The notes under the pieces: model-generated | Databases searched by the model: none | Seen by the model: only the letters and a program-made list of their open reading frames with translations | What the model was told of the DNA's origin: nothing | Shown: one piece after another, positions 9,310-19,963 of the stretch | How positions within the stretch are numbered: position 1 is the stretch's first letter | How the letters are laid out: each line of letters opens with the position of its first letter | Origin: Rhodobiaceae bacterium | GTDB taxonomy: Bacteria; Pseudomonadota; Alphaproteobacteria; Rhizobiales; TMED25 | Length of the DNA: 64,000 nucleotides | Assembly: GCA_018651345.1 (NCBI GenBank) | Contig: JABIEF010000073.1 | Span: 7,318 to 71,317, forward strand | Reading direction: 5' to 3' | Translations under genes and position numbers: made by a program

Positions 9310-10790
9310 TGCAATTTGAACATCTTCCAGCTACACAAATTTTAATACCCCTTATTGGCGCTATACTCATATTAGTATCGAGGAAGAATATAGTGATTTG
9401 GGCTACAGCATCGTTATTAACTTTGCTAACATTTATTAATTCAATCCTCTTATACAAACAAGTATCAGTTGATGGCGTTATTTCATATGCAATGGGCGGA
9501 TGGGAGCCGCCAATTGGTATTGAATATAGAATTGATTCTGTAAACTCTATACTTATTGTTCTTGTTTCATTTATGGCATTACTTGTTGCGGTCTATGCTC
9601 GTAAGAGTGTTGAAGTTGAAATTGTTGCTGAAAAGAGACCTGTATTTTATGCAATGTATTTACTTTGCCTTACAGGTCTTCTTGGCATCTTAGCGACTGG
9701 AGATGCATTTAATGCTTTCGTATTCCTAGAAATATCTTCACTTGCAACCTATGTGATGATTGCAATGGGAAAAGACAAGAGATCACTTATTGCTAGTTAT
9801 CAATATCTTATAATGGGTACCATTGGGGCAACATTCTATGTTATAGGAATTGGTTTAATTTTTATAATGACAGGATCTCTTAATCTGAACGATATATCCG
9901 AACAAATTAATAGTATGAATACAATAAGACCAATCCTAGCATCATTAGCGTTCATCACAGTAGGGATATCTCTTAAATTAGCTCTTTTCCCATTGCATTC
10001 TTGGCTACCAAATGCCTATGCATACGCACCTAGTGTTGCAACAGCATTCCTTGCATCTACAGCAACAAAAGTTGCCGTTTACCTACTAATTAGATATTTC
10101 TTCGATGTATACGGTTACAATATAGTATTTGAAGATTATTGGTTATCAATGTTACTAATTATTCTCTCAATCGCTGCTATGATAGGGGCTTCTCTTGTAG
10201 CAATTTTCCAAAATAATATTAAGAAAATGTTTGCCTATTCTTCTATTGCTCAGATGGGTTACATTACACTTGGCATTGCTATAGCAAACCATAGTGGTTT
10301 GGTTGGGTCATTAGTTCATATTATAAATCATGCTCTAATAAAAGGAACAATTTTTATGGCTATAGGCTGCTTTGTGATGAAGTTAAATAGTACCACTATT
10401 GAAGATTTTTCAGGTATCGGAAAAAAAATGCCATTAACAATGACAGCCTTTACAATCGCATCTCTAAGCCTAATCGGAATACCTGGTACAGTCGGGTTTA
10501 TTTCAAAATGGTATATAATAACTGGCGCTATAGAAAAAGGCTGGTGGTGGCTTGTGATATCAATTGCTCTAAGTTCTTTATTAGCGCTCATATATGTCGG
10601 GAGAATAATAGAAATAGCTTGGTTCCAAGAATCTAAAACAAAAGAGAATACGGTCACATTATCCCGTGAAATGATTGGAGTTACATTAATAGCATCTATT
10701 ACTACACTCTATTTTGGCTTAAATACCGAATTAACAGTTGATCTAGCAAAGATTGCAGCTGATTCATTACTACCAGGAATTTTAAGATGA
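9309..10790 (+). CDS. mrpD: Mrp antiporter subunit D (NuoL/M/N-like), copy 1
   Basis: GDAFNAFVFLEI, LKLALFPLHSWLP, ATKVA, AYSS, GFISKW. Confidence 0.9.
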   Translation: MQFEHLPATQILIPLIGAILILVSRKNIVIWATASLLTLLTFINSILLYKQVSVDGVISYAMGGWEPPIGIEYRIDSVNSILIVLVSFMALLVAVYARKSVEVEIVAEKRPVFYAMYLLCLTGLLGILATGDAFNAFVFLEISSLATYVMIAMGKDKRSLIASYQYLIMGTIGATFYVIGIGLIFIMTGSLNLNDISEQINSMNTIRPILASLAFITVGISLKLALFPLHSWLPNAYAYAPSVATAFLASTATKVAVYLLIRYFFDVYGYNIVFEDYWLSMLLIILSIAAMIGASLVAIFQNNIKKMFAYSSIAQMGYITLGIAIANHSGLVGSLVHIINHALIKGTIFMAIGCFVMKLNSTTIEDFSGIGKKMPLTMTAFTIASLSLIGIPGTVGFISKWYIITGAIEKGWWWLVISIALSSLLALIYVGRIIEIAWFQESKTKENTVTLSREMIGVTLIASITTLYFGLNTELTVDLAKIAADSLLPGILR

Positions 10791-12238
10791 TTAAGATAAG
10801 CTTATTATTCTTACCAATCTTAATCCCATTTATCGCATCTATCATAATAAAAGCGCTTGGAGGAAATAAAAAATTACGTGAACTTACTATTATAGTTGCT
10901 CCATTTGTAACATTACTATCGGTTATAAAATTATACTCTCTAGACTATGGCGTTAAATTAGTGCTTTTTGAAATAATGCCTAACCTAGAGATTGCATTCT
11001 CAATAGAACCTCTAGGACTATTATTCGCCACAATAATATCTGTTTTATGGATAATAGCCTCTCTCTATTCAATTGGTTACATGAATGCACACAAAGAACC
11101 CCGACAGGATAATTTCTTCTTTTTTTTTACTATTGCTATAACTATTGCAATAGCCACGTCACTAGCTGATAATCTATTTACATTATTTATATTTTATGAA
11201 CTATTAACAATATCTACATACCCTCTGGTAACACATAAAGCTGATCCAGAATCCAAGAAATCTGGACGAATTTATTTAATAATTCTTCTGGGAAGCTCTC
11301 TTTTATTATTTTTACCAGCACTGATTTATACATACTACCTAACAAATGATTTAACTTTCATATCTGGTGGGATATTTACAGATGCTTATGCAAATGGTGA
11401 TATTGGTAATCTTGGAATTGGACTTTTGCTAGCCTTATTCATCTTTGGTGTGGCTAAAGCTGCGATCATGCCACTGCATTCTTGGTTACCAGCAGCAATG
11501 GTTGCTCCAACACCAGTTTCGGCTTTGTTGCATGCTGTAGCAGTCGTAAAAGTTGGAGTATTTACAATAATAAAAATTATTATATATATATTTGGCACTG
11601 AGCTTCTATTTAAAACAAGTAGCACAGAATGGCTAATATACTTATCAGGATTTACAATTATAACAGCATCAATCATTGCTTTAAAACAAGATAACTTGAA
11701 GCGATTACTCGCCTACTCTACAATTAGCCAATTGTCTTATATTATAATTGGAGTTGCAATGATTAACTCAAGTGCAATCGTAGGATCTATCCTTCATTTA
11801 ACCGCTCATGCAACTAGTAAAATCACCCTTTTCTTTGCGGCTGGCATAATATACACATCAACCGGATTTACGCGTATCAGTCAAATGCGTGGTATTGGGC
11901 ATAAAATGAAATTAACAATGATTTGTTTTACTGTTGGATCGCTTTCTATGATTGGAATTCCCATGTTCGGTGGATTTGTAAGTAAGTGGTATATTGTTAG
12001 TGGCGCACTTAGTATTTCTAATTGGTTTGTAATAAGTGTTATTACAATTTCTACATTATTAAATACCGCTTATTTTATACCAATAATATATAAATCTTTT
12101 TCCCAGGGTCAATCCGCTGTTAGTTACAAAAAAGTTCCTAATAGCATGCTATTAGCAACGATTGCCTCTGCATGCTTAACTGTAATTATATTTCTATTCC
12201 CAGAATTTTTTATCGAGGTTGCAAAAAATGTTATCTAA
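10787..12238 (+). CDS. Mrp antiporter-like subunit 2 (MrpA/NuoL-type core, short)
   Basis: FYELLT, KAAIMPLHSWLPAAMVAPTPVSALLHA, KRLLAYSTISQL. Confidence 0.85.
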   Translation: MIKISLLFLPILIPFIASIIIKALGGNKKLRELTIIVAPFVTLLSVIKLYSLDYGVKLVLFEIMPNLEIAFSIEPLGLLFATIISVLWIIASLYSIGYMNAHKEPRQDNFFFFFTIAITIAIATSLADNLFTLFIFYELLTISTYPLVTHKADPESKKSGRIYLIILLGSSLLLFLPALIYTYYLTNDLTFISGGIFTDAYANGDIGNLGIGLLLALFIFGVAKAAIMPLHSWLPAAMVAPTPVSALLHAVAVVKVGVFTIIKIIIYIFGTELLFKTSSTEWLIYLSGFTIITASIIALKQDNLKRLLAYSTISQLSYIIIGVAMINSSAIVGSILHLTAHATSKITLFFAAGIIYTSTGFTRISQMRGIGHKMKLTMICFTVGSLSMIGIPMFGGFVSKWYIVSGALSISNWFVISVITISTLLNTAYFIPIIYKSFSQGQSAVSYKKVPNSMLLATIASACLTVIIFLFPEFFIEVAKNVI

Positions 12239-12452
12239 AATATCAAAAAGAACTATATGGATAATATTTATATCCCTCCTAATAATCACAGTGTCTGGTG
12301 ATTTTTTTATTCACAGACATTCAAATTTTGGCATTGACGGTTACTTTGGTTTTCCAGCATTATTTGGATTTCTTTGTTGTATCTTTCTAATCATCTTGTC
12401 GAAAATATTAGGTTTATTTTTAAAAAGACAGGACAACTATTATGATGAATAA
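12228..12452 (+). CDS. Small two-TM membrane protein within the Mrp operon
   Basis: 74 aa from ATG 12228, overlaps both neighbours; GF.ALFGF and LKRQDNYYDE C-terminus. Confidence 0.7.
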   Translation: MLSKISKRTIWIIFISLLIITVSGDFFIHRHSNFGIDGYFGFPALFGFLCCIFLIILSKILGLFLKRQDNYYDE

Positions 12453-14127
12453 TATGATAATACATCCTGGTATTTTATTGATCATATGTGGACTCCTTAT
12501 TCCACTGTTAGGCAATAACTTAAAAAAATTTATTACCTTCATTGTGCCAGCTTTATGCTTCATAATAGTATTACAGCTGCCTCATGGTATGCACTTAAAT
12601 TATGAATATATGTCTTACAATCTTACATTTCTTAGGGTTGATGAGCTAAGTAAAATCTTTGCATTAGTATTCACAATAATGATAGTTTTCTCTTCTATTT
12701 TTAGCCTAAATCAAAAAAATAAAACAGAAATATCAACAGCTTTCATATACGGAGGGTCGGCTATAAGTGCCGTTCTATCTGGAGATTTTATAAGCTTATT
12801 TATCTTTTGGGAGATAATGGCAATATCATCTACGATTATCATTTGGATGGGTAGCAAGGATGCCTATAAATCTGGATTACGGTATCTAACTGTCCATCTA
12901 TTCGGTGGGGTTGTACTCCTAATAGGTATCATTGGTTATGTATCCTTAAAAGAAAGTGCAGACTTTTCACTAATAGACAGAACTAATATATATGCCTACT
13001 TAATACTTATTGGTGTTCTTATAAATGCAGGTGCTCCACCTTTCTCTGGTTGGATTTCAGATTCATACCCTTCAGCTTCTTGGTCTGGAACTGTATTCTT
13101 ATCAGCCTTTACAACAAAAACAGCTGTTTATTTTTTAATCAGAGGATATTCGGGTACTGAATTGCTTATATATATTGGTATATTTATGATATTTTATGGA
13201 ATTGTTTATGCCATTCTAGAAAACGATATGAGAAGAATATTATCTTATTCAATCATAAACCAGGTGGGGTTCATGATTACTGGAATAGGTATTGGTACTG
13301 AGATTGCAATAAATGGAGCAGCTTCACACGCTTTTGCTCATATTATATACAAAGCACTTCTTCTTATGTCCGCAGGGTCTGTTTTTTACATAACAGGAAA
13401 AACAAAATGCACTGATCTTGGCGGTCTATATAAGACCATGCCAATAACAATGATATGCGGAATAATTGGCGCTTTATCTATTTCTGCATTTCCATTCACA
13501 TCAGGATTTATAACGAAATCTATGATTAGCCAATCAGCAGTTTATGAAAATTATACAATTATATGGTTCTTGTTATTAGCCGCTTCTGCAGGTGTATTTC
13601 TTCATGCGGGGATAAAATTTCCATGGTTTGTATTTTTTCAAAAAGATGCAAAGCTAAAGGCTAAAGATCCGCCAAAAAATATGCAATTTGCTATGATTTC
13701 ATTATCTATAATTTGTATATTAATTGGTATATTCCCAAATGTATTATATCAAATGCTTCCATATGATGTAAATTATATCCCCTATACATTTGATCATGTA
13801 TTTTTTCAATTACAATTGCTTCTGTTTTCTGGTCTAGCATTCTTTTTAATGCTAAAGTATCTCAAGAGAACTTTAACATTGACCTTGGAATTTGACTGGT
13901 TTTGGAGAAAATTTAGCAAAATTCTAATAAAAGAATTTGATATACATGCAGAAAGAACTGCTAGTAATATAATGAATAAATATATTAAAATTTTTGATAA
14001 AACTATAAAAACATTATACAAACATCATGGTCCTTCAGGAATTTTGGGCCGCACTTGGCCAACTGGAAATATGGCTTTTTGGACAACGGTTATTCTTGCG
14101 TCCTATCTTATAATATATTTACTTTAA
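12442..14127 (+). CDS. Mrp antiporter-like subunit 3 (MrpD/A-like, long)
   Basis: FIFWEIMA, LSAFTTKT, ENDMRRILSYSIINQVGFM, HAFAHIIYK. Confidence 0.85.
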   Translation: MMNNMIIHPGILLIICGLLIPLLGNNLKKFITFIVPALCFIIVLQLPHGMHLNYEYMSYNLTFLRVDELSKIFALVFTIMIVFSSIFSLNQKNKTEISTAFIYGGSAISAVLSGDFISLFIFWEIMAISSTIIIWMGSKDAYKSGLRYLTVHLFGGVVLLIGIIGYVSLKESADFSLIDRTNIYAYLILIGVLINAGAPPFSGWISDSYPSASWSGTVFLSAFTTKTAVYFLIRGYSGTELLIYIGIFMIFYGIVYAILENDMRRILSYSIINQVGFMITGIGIGTEIAINGAASHAFAHIIYKALLLMSAGSVFYITGKTKCTDLGGLYKTMPITMICGIIGALSISAFPFTSGFITKSMISQSAVYENYTIIWFLLLAASAGVFLHAGIKFPWFVFFQKDAKLKAKDPPKNMQFAMISLSIICILIGIFPNVLYQMLPYDVNYIPYTFDHVFFQLQLLLFSGLAFFLMLKYLKRTLTLTLEFDWFWRKFSKILIKEFDIHAERTASNIMNKYIKIFDKTIKTLYKHHGPSGILGRTWPTGNMAFWTTVILASYLIIYLL

Positions 14128-14153
14128 ACATTAAAAAATATGAGCACATAATT

Positions 14154-14558
14154 ATGACAGAAATAAAAAATAAATTTGAAAAAAAAGATTGGCAAAATTC
14201 TCTCACAAAAGAGCAATATCATATAACAAGAGAATCTGGAACAGAGCGTCCCTTTACAGGGCCTTATTTGAATGAAAAAAGTAAGGGTGTTTATAGTTGC
14301 ATCTGCTGTGATTTAGAATTATTTAACTCAGAACATAAATTTGATTCAGGCACTGGATGGCCCAGTTTTTTTAACCCCCATAACTCTAGTTGTTTGAACT
14401 TAAAAAATGATAACTCTCTTAACTCTCATAGAGTTGAAGTGCAGTGTTCAAATTGCGACGCTCATTTAGGGCATGTATTTGAAGATGGTCCAGCTCCTAG
14501 TGGATTACGTTATTGTATTAATGGGAATTCCCTAAAACTTATTAAAGAAAATCAATAA
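14154..14558 (+). CDS. msrB: Peptide-methionine (R)-S-oxide reductase
   Basis: GTERPF, CICC, KFDSGTGWPSF, HLGHVFEDGP, RYCIN; start reassigned to ATG 14154. Confidence 0.95.
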   Translation: MTEIKNKFEKKDWQNSLTKEQYHITRESGTERPFTGPYLNEKSKGVYSCICCDLELFNSEHKFDSGTGWPSFFNPHNSSCLNLKNDNSLNSHRVEVQCSNCDAHLGHVFEDGPAPSGLRYCINGNSLKLIKENQ

Positions 14559-14559
14559 T

Positions 14560-16665
14560 ATGAAAGACTTTACCAATAACCTTTCTTTATCTCCACCAAT
14601 CCCCAAAATAAACAAGAAAATAGTTAAGTTTCATGGTTATGATAAAACAGATAATTATTCATGGATGAGAGCTGATAATTGGCAAGAAGTTATGAAAAAT
14701 CCAGAAAAACTTCCCAAAGATATAAAGCTACATTTAGATAAAGAAAACAATTATACAAAAGAAATGATGGCTGATACCTTAATTCTGCAAGATAATTTAT
14801 ACACAGAAATTAGGTCAAGAATGCAAGAAAAAGAAACAACTGTACCCCAAAAAAATGGCATTTATTCTTATTATTACAGTTATAAGAAAAATAATGAATA
14901 CCCGATATACAATCGTAAAAATAATGACACGAAAAAGAAAACAATCCTATTAGACTACAACAAAATTTCGAAAGACGAATCCTATTTTAATATTGGATCT
15001 ACAACCCATAGCGAAGACCATAGGTACATCACATATGGCGTAGATACCAAAGGTTCGGAGTACTTTGATATTTACTTATTTGATACAATAAATAATCAAA
15101 TATTAAATGAAAAGATTGAGAATAGCACTGGTACAGCATTATGGGCTAAAGATAACCTGTCTTTTCTTTATGTTAGGCTCGATGAAAACCATAGGCCAGA
15201 TTCAGTCTTCTATCATCTATTAGGAACACCGCAAAAAGAAGATGTAATGTTATATAAAGAAAAAGATTCTGGGTTTTTTTTAAGTATAGACAAAACACAA
15301 TCATCAAAATATTTTATTCTATCTTCTCACACACATGAAAAATCCGAAATTCGTCTTATTGACACAAACAATCCATTAAGTGAATCTTTATTATTATATC
15401 CAAGAGAAAACAACTACTTGTATAGCGTTGAAGAAAATAATAATGAATTATATATCCTAACAAATCAGAATAATTGCGTTGATTTTTCTATTATAAAAAC
15501 TCGAATTCCTCTAAGTGATAAAAAAGATTTTAAGGTTATTGTTCCGCATAAAAATGGTAGGCTAATAAAAAATCTTTGTGTATTTAAAAATTACATAGTT
15601 TGGCTTGAAGTAGAAAATAGCTTACCTAAAATCATTATCAAGAATCTAAAATCTGATAAAAATTATAGCATCTCATTTAGAGAAGAGGCGTATTCATTAG
15701 GCATATTACAAGGCTATGAATATGAAACAAATATTCTAAGATTTGTCTATTCTTCTATGACCACCCCTATGCGAATATATGATTTTAATATGGAAAAAAA
15801 TAAAAGAACTCTTATAAAATCACAAAAAATTCCATCTGGGCATAAAAAATCTGATTATATTACAAAAAGAATTTATGCAGAATCCTCTGATAAGAAATTA
15901 ATTCCAATTTCACTTATTTATCATAAAAATACTAAAATAGATGCTACATCTCCATGTTTATTATATGGATATGGGGCCTATGGCATATCAATTCCAGCAT
16001 CATTTTCTAGTAGTAGATTAAGTTTAATAGATCGTAATTTTGTATATGCTGTTGCTCATATAAGAGGAGGGAAAGATTGTGGAAGTGCATGGTATAGCGA
16101 TGGAAAGAAAGAAAATAAAATAAATACCTTTAATGACTTCATTTGTGTTGCGGAATATTTATGTAAAAAAAATTATACATCAAAAGGAAATATTATTGCT
16201 CACGGTGGATCTGCTGGAGGAATGCTAATGGGAGCAATTGCAAATATGGCCCCTAGTCTATTTTCAGGAATAATTGCAGAAGTTCCTTTTGTTGATGTAC
16301 TAGAGACAATGCTCGATAGTGAGCTACCACTAACACCACCCGAATGGCCCGAATGGGGAAATCCTATTACTAATATAGATGATTATAAAATTATATCATC
16401 ATACTCACCTTACGATAATGTAAAAAAACAATCCTACCCAAATATATTGGCAACTGCAGGATTAACGGACCCACGCGTTACATATTGGGAGCCAGCTAAA
16501 TGGGTTGCTAAAATTAGGTCAATGAAAACAAATAAATCTGCTATTATGTTAAATGTTAATATGGATTCTGGTCATGGTGGATCTTCTGGAAGATTTGACA
16601 GAATAAAAGAAATAGCTTTAATTTATGCCTTTGCAATAAAAGCAGCAAATGTAGAAACAGAATAA
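14560..16665 (+). CDS. ptrB: Oligopeptidase B (S9A)
   Basis: GGSAGG nucleophile motif, [17 protein letters not shown]. Confidence 0.93.
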   Translation: MKDFTNNLSLSPPIPKINKKIVKFHGYDKTDNYSWMRADNWQEVMKNPEKLPKDIKLHLDKENNYTKEMMADTLILQDNLYTEIRSRMQEKETTVPQKNGIYSYYYSYKKNNEYPIYNRKNNDTKKKTILLDYNKISKDESYFNIGSTTHSEDHRYITYGVDTKGSEYFDIYLFDTINNQILNEKIENSTGTALWAKDNLSFLYVRLDENHRPDSVFYHLLGTPQKEDVMLYKEKDSGFFLSIDKTQSSKYFILSSHTHEKSEIRLIDTNNPLSESLLLYPRENNYLYSVEENNNELYILTNQNNCVDFSIIKTRIPLSDKKDFKVIVPHKNGRLIKNLCVFKNYIVWLEVENSLPKIIIKNLKSDKNYSISFREEAYSLGILQGYEYETNILRFVYSSMTTPMRIYDFNMEKNKRTLIKSQKIPSGHKKSDYITKRIYAESSDKKLIPISLIYHKNTKIDATSPCLLYGYGAYGISIPASFSSSRLSLIDRNFVYAVAHIRGGKDCGSAWYSDGKKENKINTFNDFICVAEYLCKKNYTSKGNIIAHGGSAGGMLMGAIANMAPSLFSGIIAEVPFVDVLETMLDSELPLTPPEWPEWGNPITNIDDYKIISSYSPYDNVKKQSYPNILATAGLTDPRVTYWEPAKWVAKIRSMKTNKSAIMLNVNMDSGHGGSSGRFDRIKEIALIYAFAIKAANVETE

Positions 16666-16685
16666 TTGATTCTGGAGATATAGAA

Positions 16686-17885
16686 ATGAAAAAAGAAGAT
16701 ATAAAATATAATAAACCGGACAATGATTGGGCGGATCTTTTGTCTATTGAATCAGAATTTGAAGAAGATGAAAAAATTGTTCAAAAAACAGCAAGAGACT
16801 ATTGTCAAAATCATCTTATGCCAAGAATTAAAGATGCTTTTCGTGAAGAAAAATTTGATATTAATATAATGAAAGAATTAGGTGATCTAGGCTTAATTGC
16901 CCCAACCATTCCTGCAATTTATGGAGGGGCTGAACTCAATCATGTTTGTTATGGCATTATTGCGCAAGAGATAGAACGCGTTGATTCCGGCTATAGATCC
17001 GCAATGAGCGTACAAAGTTCACTAGTTGCTCATCCAATATTTGAATTTGGCTCAAAAGAACAAAAAGAAAAATATTTACCAAAGCTTCTAAGAGGGGAAC
17101 TTATTGGTTGCTTTGGTTTAACAGAACCTGATTTTGGTTCAGATCCAGCTGGTATGATTACAAAAGCAACAAAAGTACCAGGTGGTTGGAAAATTAACGG
17201 AACAAAAACTTGGATAACAAATGCTCCAATCGCTGATATTGCAATTATATGGGCAAAAGATGAGGAAGGGAAGATTAGAGGATTTATAGCAGAAAGAGGC
17301 ATAAGTCACTACGATACTCCAAAAATTAACGGTAAATTCTCTCTTCGATCATCGGATACCGGCCAAATAATTTTAGATGATACCTTTGTGCCAGATCGAA
17401 ATATCCTTCCAGAAGCAATAGGGCTAAAAGGTCCATTTAGTTGCTTAAATAAAGCTCGATATGGTATTGTATGGGGCTCAATAGGCGCGGCAGAATTTTG
17501 CTGGCACGCAGCAAGAAATTATACACTAGAAAGAAAACAATTCGGGAGACCTTTAGCCTCAAACCAACTAATTCAAAAAAAATTGGCAGACATGCAAACT
17601 GAAATAACACTTGGACAGTTAGGTGCCATTAAACTTGGAAGAGAAATTGATAAACGTAAAATTAATCCAGCTGCAATCTCACTCATGAAAAAAAACAATT
17701 GCCAAAAATCATTAGAAATTGCAAGAACATCACGTGATATTCATGGTGGCAATGGTATATCCGACGAATATCATGTTATCAGGCATGTTTTAAATCTCGA
17801 AACAGTTAATACTTATGAAGGTACGAATGATATACATTCCTTAATTATAGGAAGATCTCAAACAGGAATTCAGGCCTTTTTTTAA
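16686..17885 (+). CDS. gcdH: Glutaryl-CoA dehydrogenase-type acyl-CoA dehydrogenase
   Basis: [37 protein letters not shown]. Confidence 0.88.
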   Translation: MKKEDIKYNKPDNDWADLLSIESEFEEDEKIVQKTARDYCQNHLMPRIKDAFREEKFDINIMKELGDLGLIAPTIPAIYGGAELNHVCYGIIAQEIERVDSGYRSAMSVQSSLVAHPIFEFGSKEQKEKYLPKLLRGELIGCFGLTEPDFGSDPAGMITKATKVPGGWKINGTKTWITNAPIADIAIIWAKDEEGKIRGFIAERGISHYDTPKINGKFSLRSSDTGQIILDDTFVPDRNILPEAIGLKGPFSCLNKARYGIVWGSIGAAEFCWHAARNYTLERKQFGRPLASNQLIQKKLADMQTEITLGQLGAIKLGREIDKRKINPAAISLMKKNNCQKSLEIARTSRDIHGGNGISDEYHVIRHVLNLETVNTYEGTNDIHSLIIGRSQTGIQAFF

Positions 17886-17978
17886 AGATATATCAAACTT
17901 TGATATATATTGTATTTATTGTTATAATAACTATATTATATATATATTTTAAAACAATTAAAACATGGAGTCTATCGA

Positions 17979-18575
17979 ATGGCATTTGAATTACCCGATC
18001 TACCTTATGCACATGATGCATTAGGATCTTATATGTCCGCTGAAACATTAGAATTTCATCATGATAAGCATCACCTTGCATATGTTACAAATGGTAATAA
18101 CCTACTTAAAGATTCTGGGTTAGCTGATAAAGATATTGTTGAAATAGTAAAATCTAGTCATGGAAATAATGCAGGATTATTTAATAATGCGGCCCAACAT
18201 TATAACCATTTGCATTTTTGGAAAATGATGAAACCAAATGGTGGCGGAAACATGCCGTCAAATTTAGAGAAAAAAATAATTGAAGATCTTGGTAGTATTG
18301 AAAAATTTAAAGCAGATTTCATTAATGCTGGCATGACACAATTTGGTTCTGGATGGTGCTGGTTATCAGTAAATAATGGAAAATTAGAAGTTAGCAAAAC
18401 AGCAAATGGAGAAAATCCTTTAATTAATGGCGCTTCGCCAATATTGGGTTGTGACGTATGGGAACATTCTTATTATATTGATTATAGAAACGCACGACCA
18501 AAGTACCTTGAAGCATGGTTTGACAATCTAGTTAATTGGGAATATGTGACAGAGCTAATGGAAGACGCAATATAA
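17979..18575 (+). CDS. sodB: Superoxide dismutase, Fe-type
   Basis: HHDKHH, FNNAAQ, FGSGW, DVWEHSYY. Confidence 0.95.
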   Translation: MAFELPDLPYAHDALGSYMSAETLEFHHDKHHLAYVTNGNNLLKDSGLADKDIVEIVKSSHGNNAGLFNNAAQHYNHLHFWKMMKPNGGGNMPSNLEKKIIEDLGSIEKFKADFINAGMTQFGSGWCWLSVNNGKLEVSKTANGENPLINGASPILGCDVWEHSYYIDYRNARPKYLEAWFDNLVNWEYVTELMEDAI

Positions 18576-18595
18576 TAATTTCTATATTTATTTAT

Positions 18596-18623
18596 AAAAA
18601 GGCGCTCTTTAGCGCCTTTTTTT
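18596..18623 (+). terminator. Rho-independent terminator after sodB
   Basis: AAAAA-GGCGCT-cttt-AGCGCC-TTTTTTT. Confidence 0.9.
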
Positions 18624-18880
18624 ATTCGCAAAGATGCAGAGTATTTAAATAAAATCATTCATTAATATAATGCACAATCCTTCGCCAAAAACAGCCAATG
18701 TAGGGGAAAAAACATTCTTATTTTTATCTATATATTTCAGTTACTTACAAAATCCGCTAACAGGTTATAATCAGAAATCTCCAAATTAATCCAAAATATG
18801 CTATTATTTCAATAACTTGATTAATTTATATATAAAATTACCTAAAGATGGGTAATTAAAATTTAAAAAAAAGGGAAGTT

Positions 18881-19885
18881 ATGTTAAAAAAATATTTTAA
18901 GTTTTCAATGTTATCACTATCATTGCTAGTGCTTTTTGGCGCTAATGCAAATGCAGCAAATGATGATTGTGGTGAGGTAACAATAGCAAATATGAACTGG
19001 GCATCAGCTCAAATAATTGCTGAAATGGATAAAATTATACTAGAAGCAATGGGGTGTGACGTAGAACTAGTAGCTGGTGATACTATGCCAACTTTTACTT
19101 CTATGGAAGGAAAGGGTGTGCCTGATGTTGCACCTGAATTATGGACATTAGCTCTTAAAATTCCATTAAACGCAGCAATAGCAGAAGGACGCCTTATTAA
19201 TGTTGGTGATGTTTTTTCACAAGGTGGCGCTGAAGGATGGTATATTCCTCAATATATAAAAGATGCAAATCCAGAATTAGTAACTTGGGAAGATGTAATC
19301 GCACGTCCAGATTTATTCCCACATCCAGAAGATCCATCTAAGGGAGCGTTCAATGGGTGTCCTCCTGGATGGAATTGTCAATTAACTAATCAAAATCTTT
19401 TCCGTGCCTATGATATGGAAGCAAAGGGTTGGGAAATTGTTGATCCAGGTTCATCTGCAGCTATGGATGCAAATGTTGCTAAGCATATAAATGATGGGGA
19501 TCCTATATTTACTTACTATTGGGCTCCAACTGCAATTCTTGGAAAATTGCCAATGTTCTTACTTACACCAGAAGTTCCTCATGATAAAGCTGCTTGGGAG
19601 ACTTGTATAGGTATAGCAGATTGTGCTGATCCTAAAGTGAACTCATTTGGGTTCTCACCTGTTCAAACAGTTGTAACAGAAAACTTTGCAGAAACAGCAG
19701 GCATTGCAATGGATTATGTTTCCAATAGATCCTTTGATAACAATACACTAAATGTATTGTTAGCTTGGCATGCAGACAACCAAGCAACTGGCCTTGAAGG
19801 CGCTGAGCATTATCTCGAAAATTATCAAGATTGGAAAACTTGGGTTTCCGCAGATGTTGCAGAAAAAGTACTAGCAGGTCTATAA
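18881..19885 (+). CDS. Glycine betaine/proline betaine-family ABC transporter substrate-binding protein (ProX/OpuAC-like)
   Basis: Signal peptide, MNWASA, PDVAPELW, CPPGWNC, YYWAPT; followed by proW/proV-like genes. Confidence 0.88.
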   Translation: MLKKYFKFSMLSLSLLVLFGANANAANDDCGEVTIANMNWASAQIIAEMDKIILEAMGCDVELVAGDTMPTFTSMEGKGVPDVAPELWTLALKIPLNAAIAEGRLINVGDVFSQGGAEGWYIPQYIKDANPELVTWEDVIARPDLFPHPEDPSKGAFNGCPPGWNCQLTNQNLFRAYDMEAKGWEIVDPGSSAAMDANVAKHINDGDPIFTYYWAPTAILGKLPMFLLTPEVPHDKAAWETCIGIADCADPKVNSFGFSPVQTVVTENFAETAGIAMDYVSNRSFDNNTLNVLLAWHADNQATGLEGAEHYLENYQDWKTWVSADVAEKVLAGL

Positions 19886-19893
19886 TCGTTTAG

Positions 19894-19935
19894 AATAAGC
19901 GTCTAGCATTAAATTACTAGACGCTTATTTTTTTT
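19894..19935 (+). terminator. Intra-operon hairpin/terminator between SBP and permease genes
   Basis: AATAAGCGTCTAG-10 nt-CTAGACGCTTATT followed by a T run. Confidence 0.85.
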
Positions 19936-19963
19936 ATTTAATAAGATACAAGTTTAGGATTGT

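Noticed and set aside
18660-18720. Slightly GC-richer patch containing CAGCCA as a possible tRNA att remnant, riboswitch or sRNA
   Set aside because: Only a 6-nt match, in the wrong orientation for a direct repeat; no recognisable riboswitch consensus.
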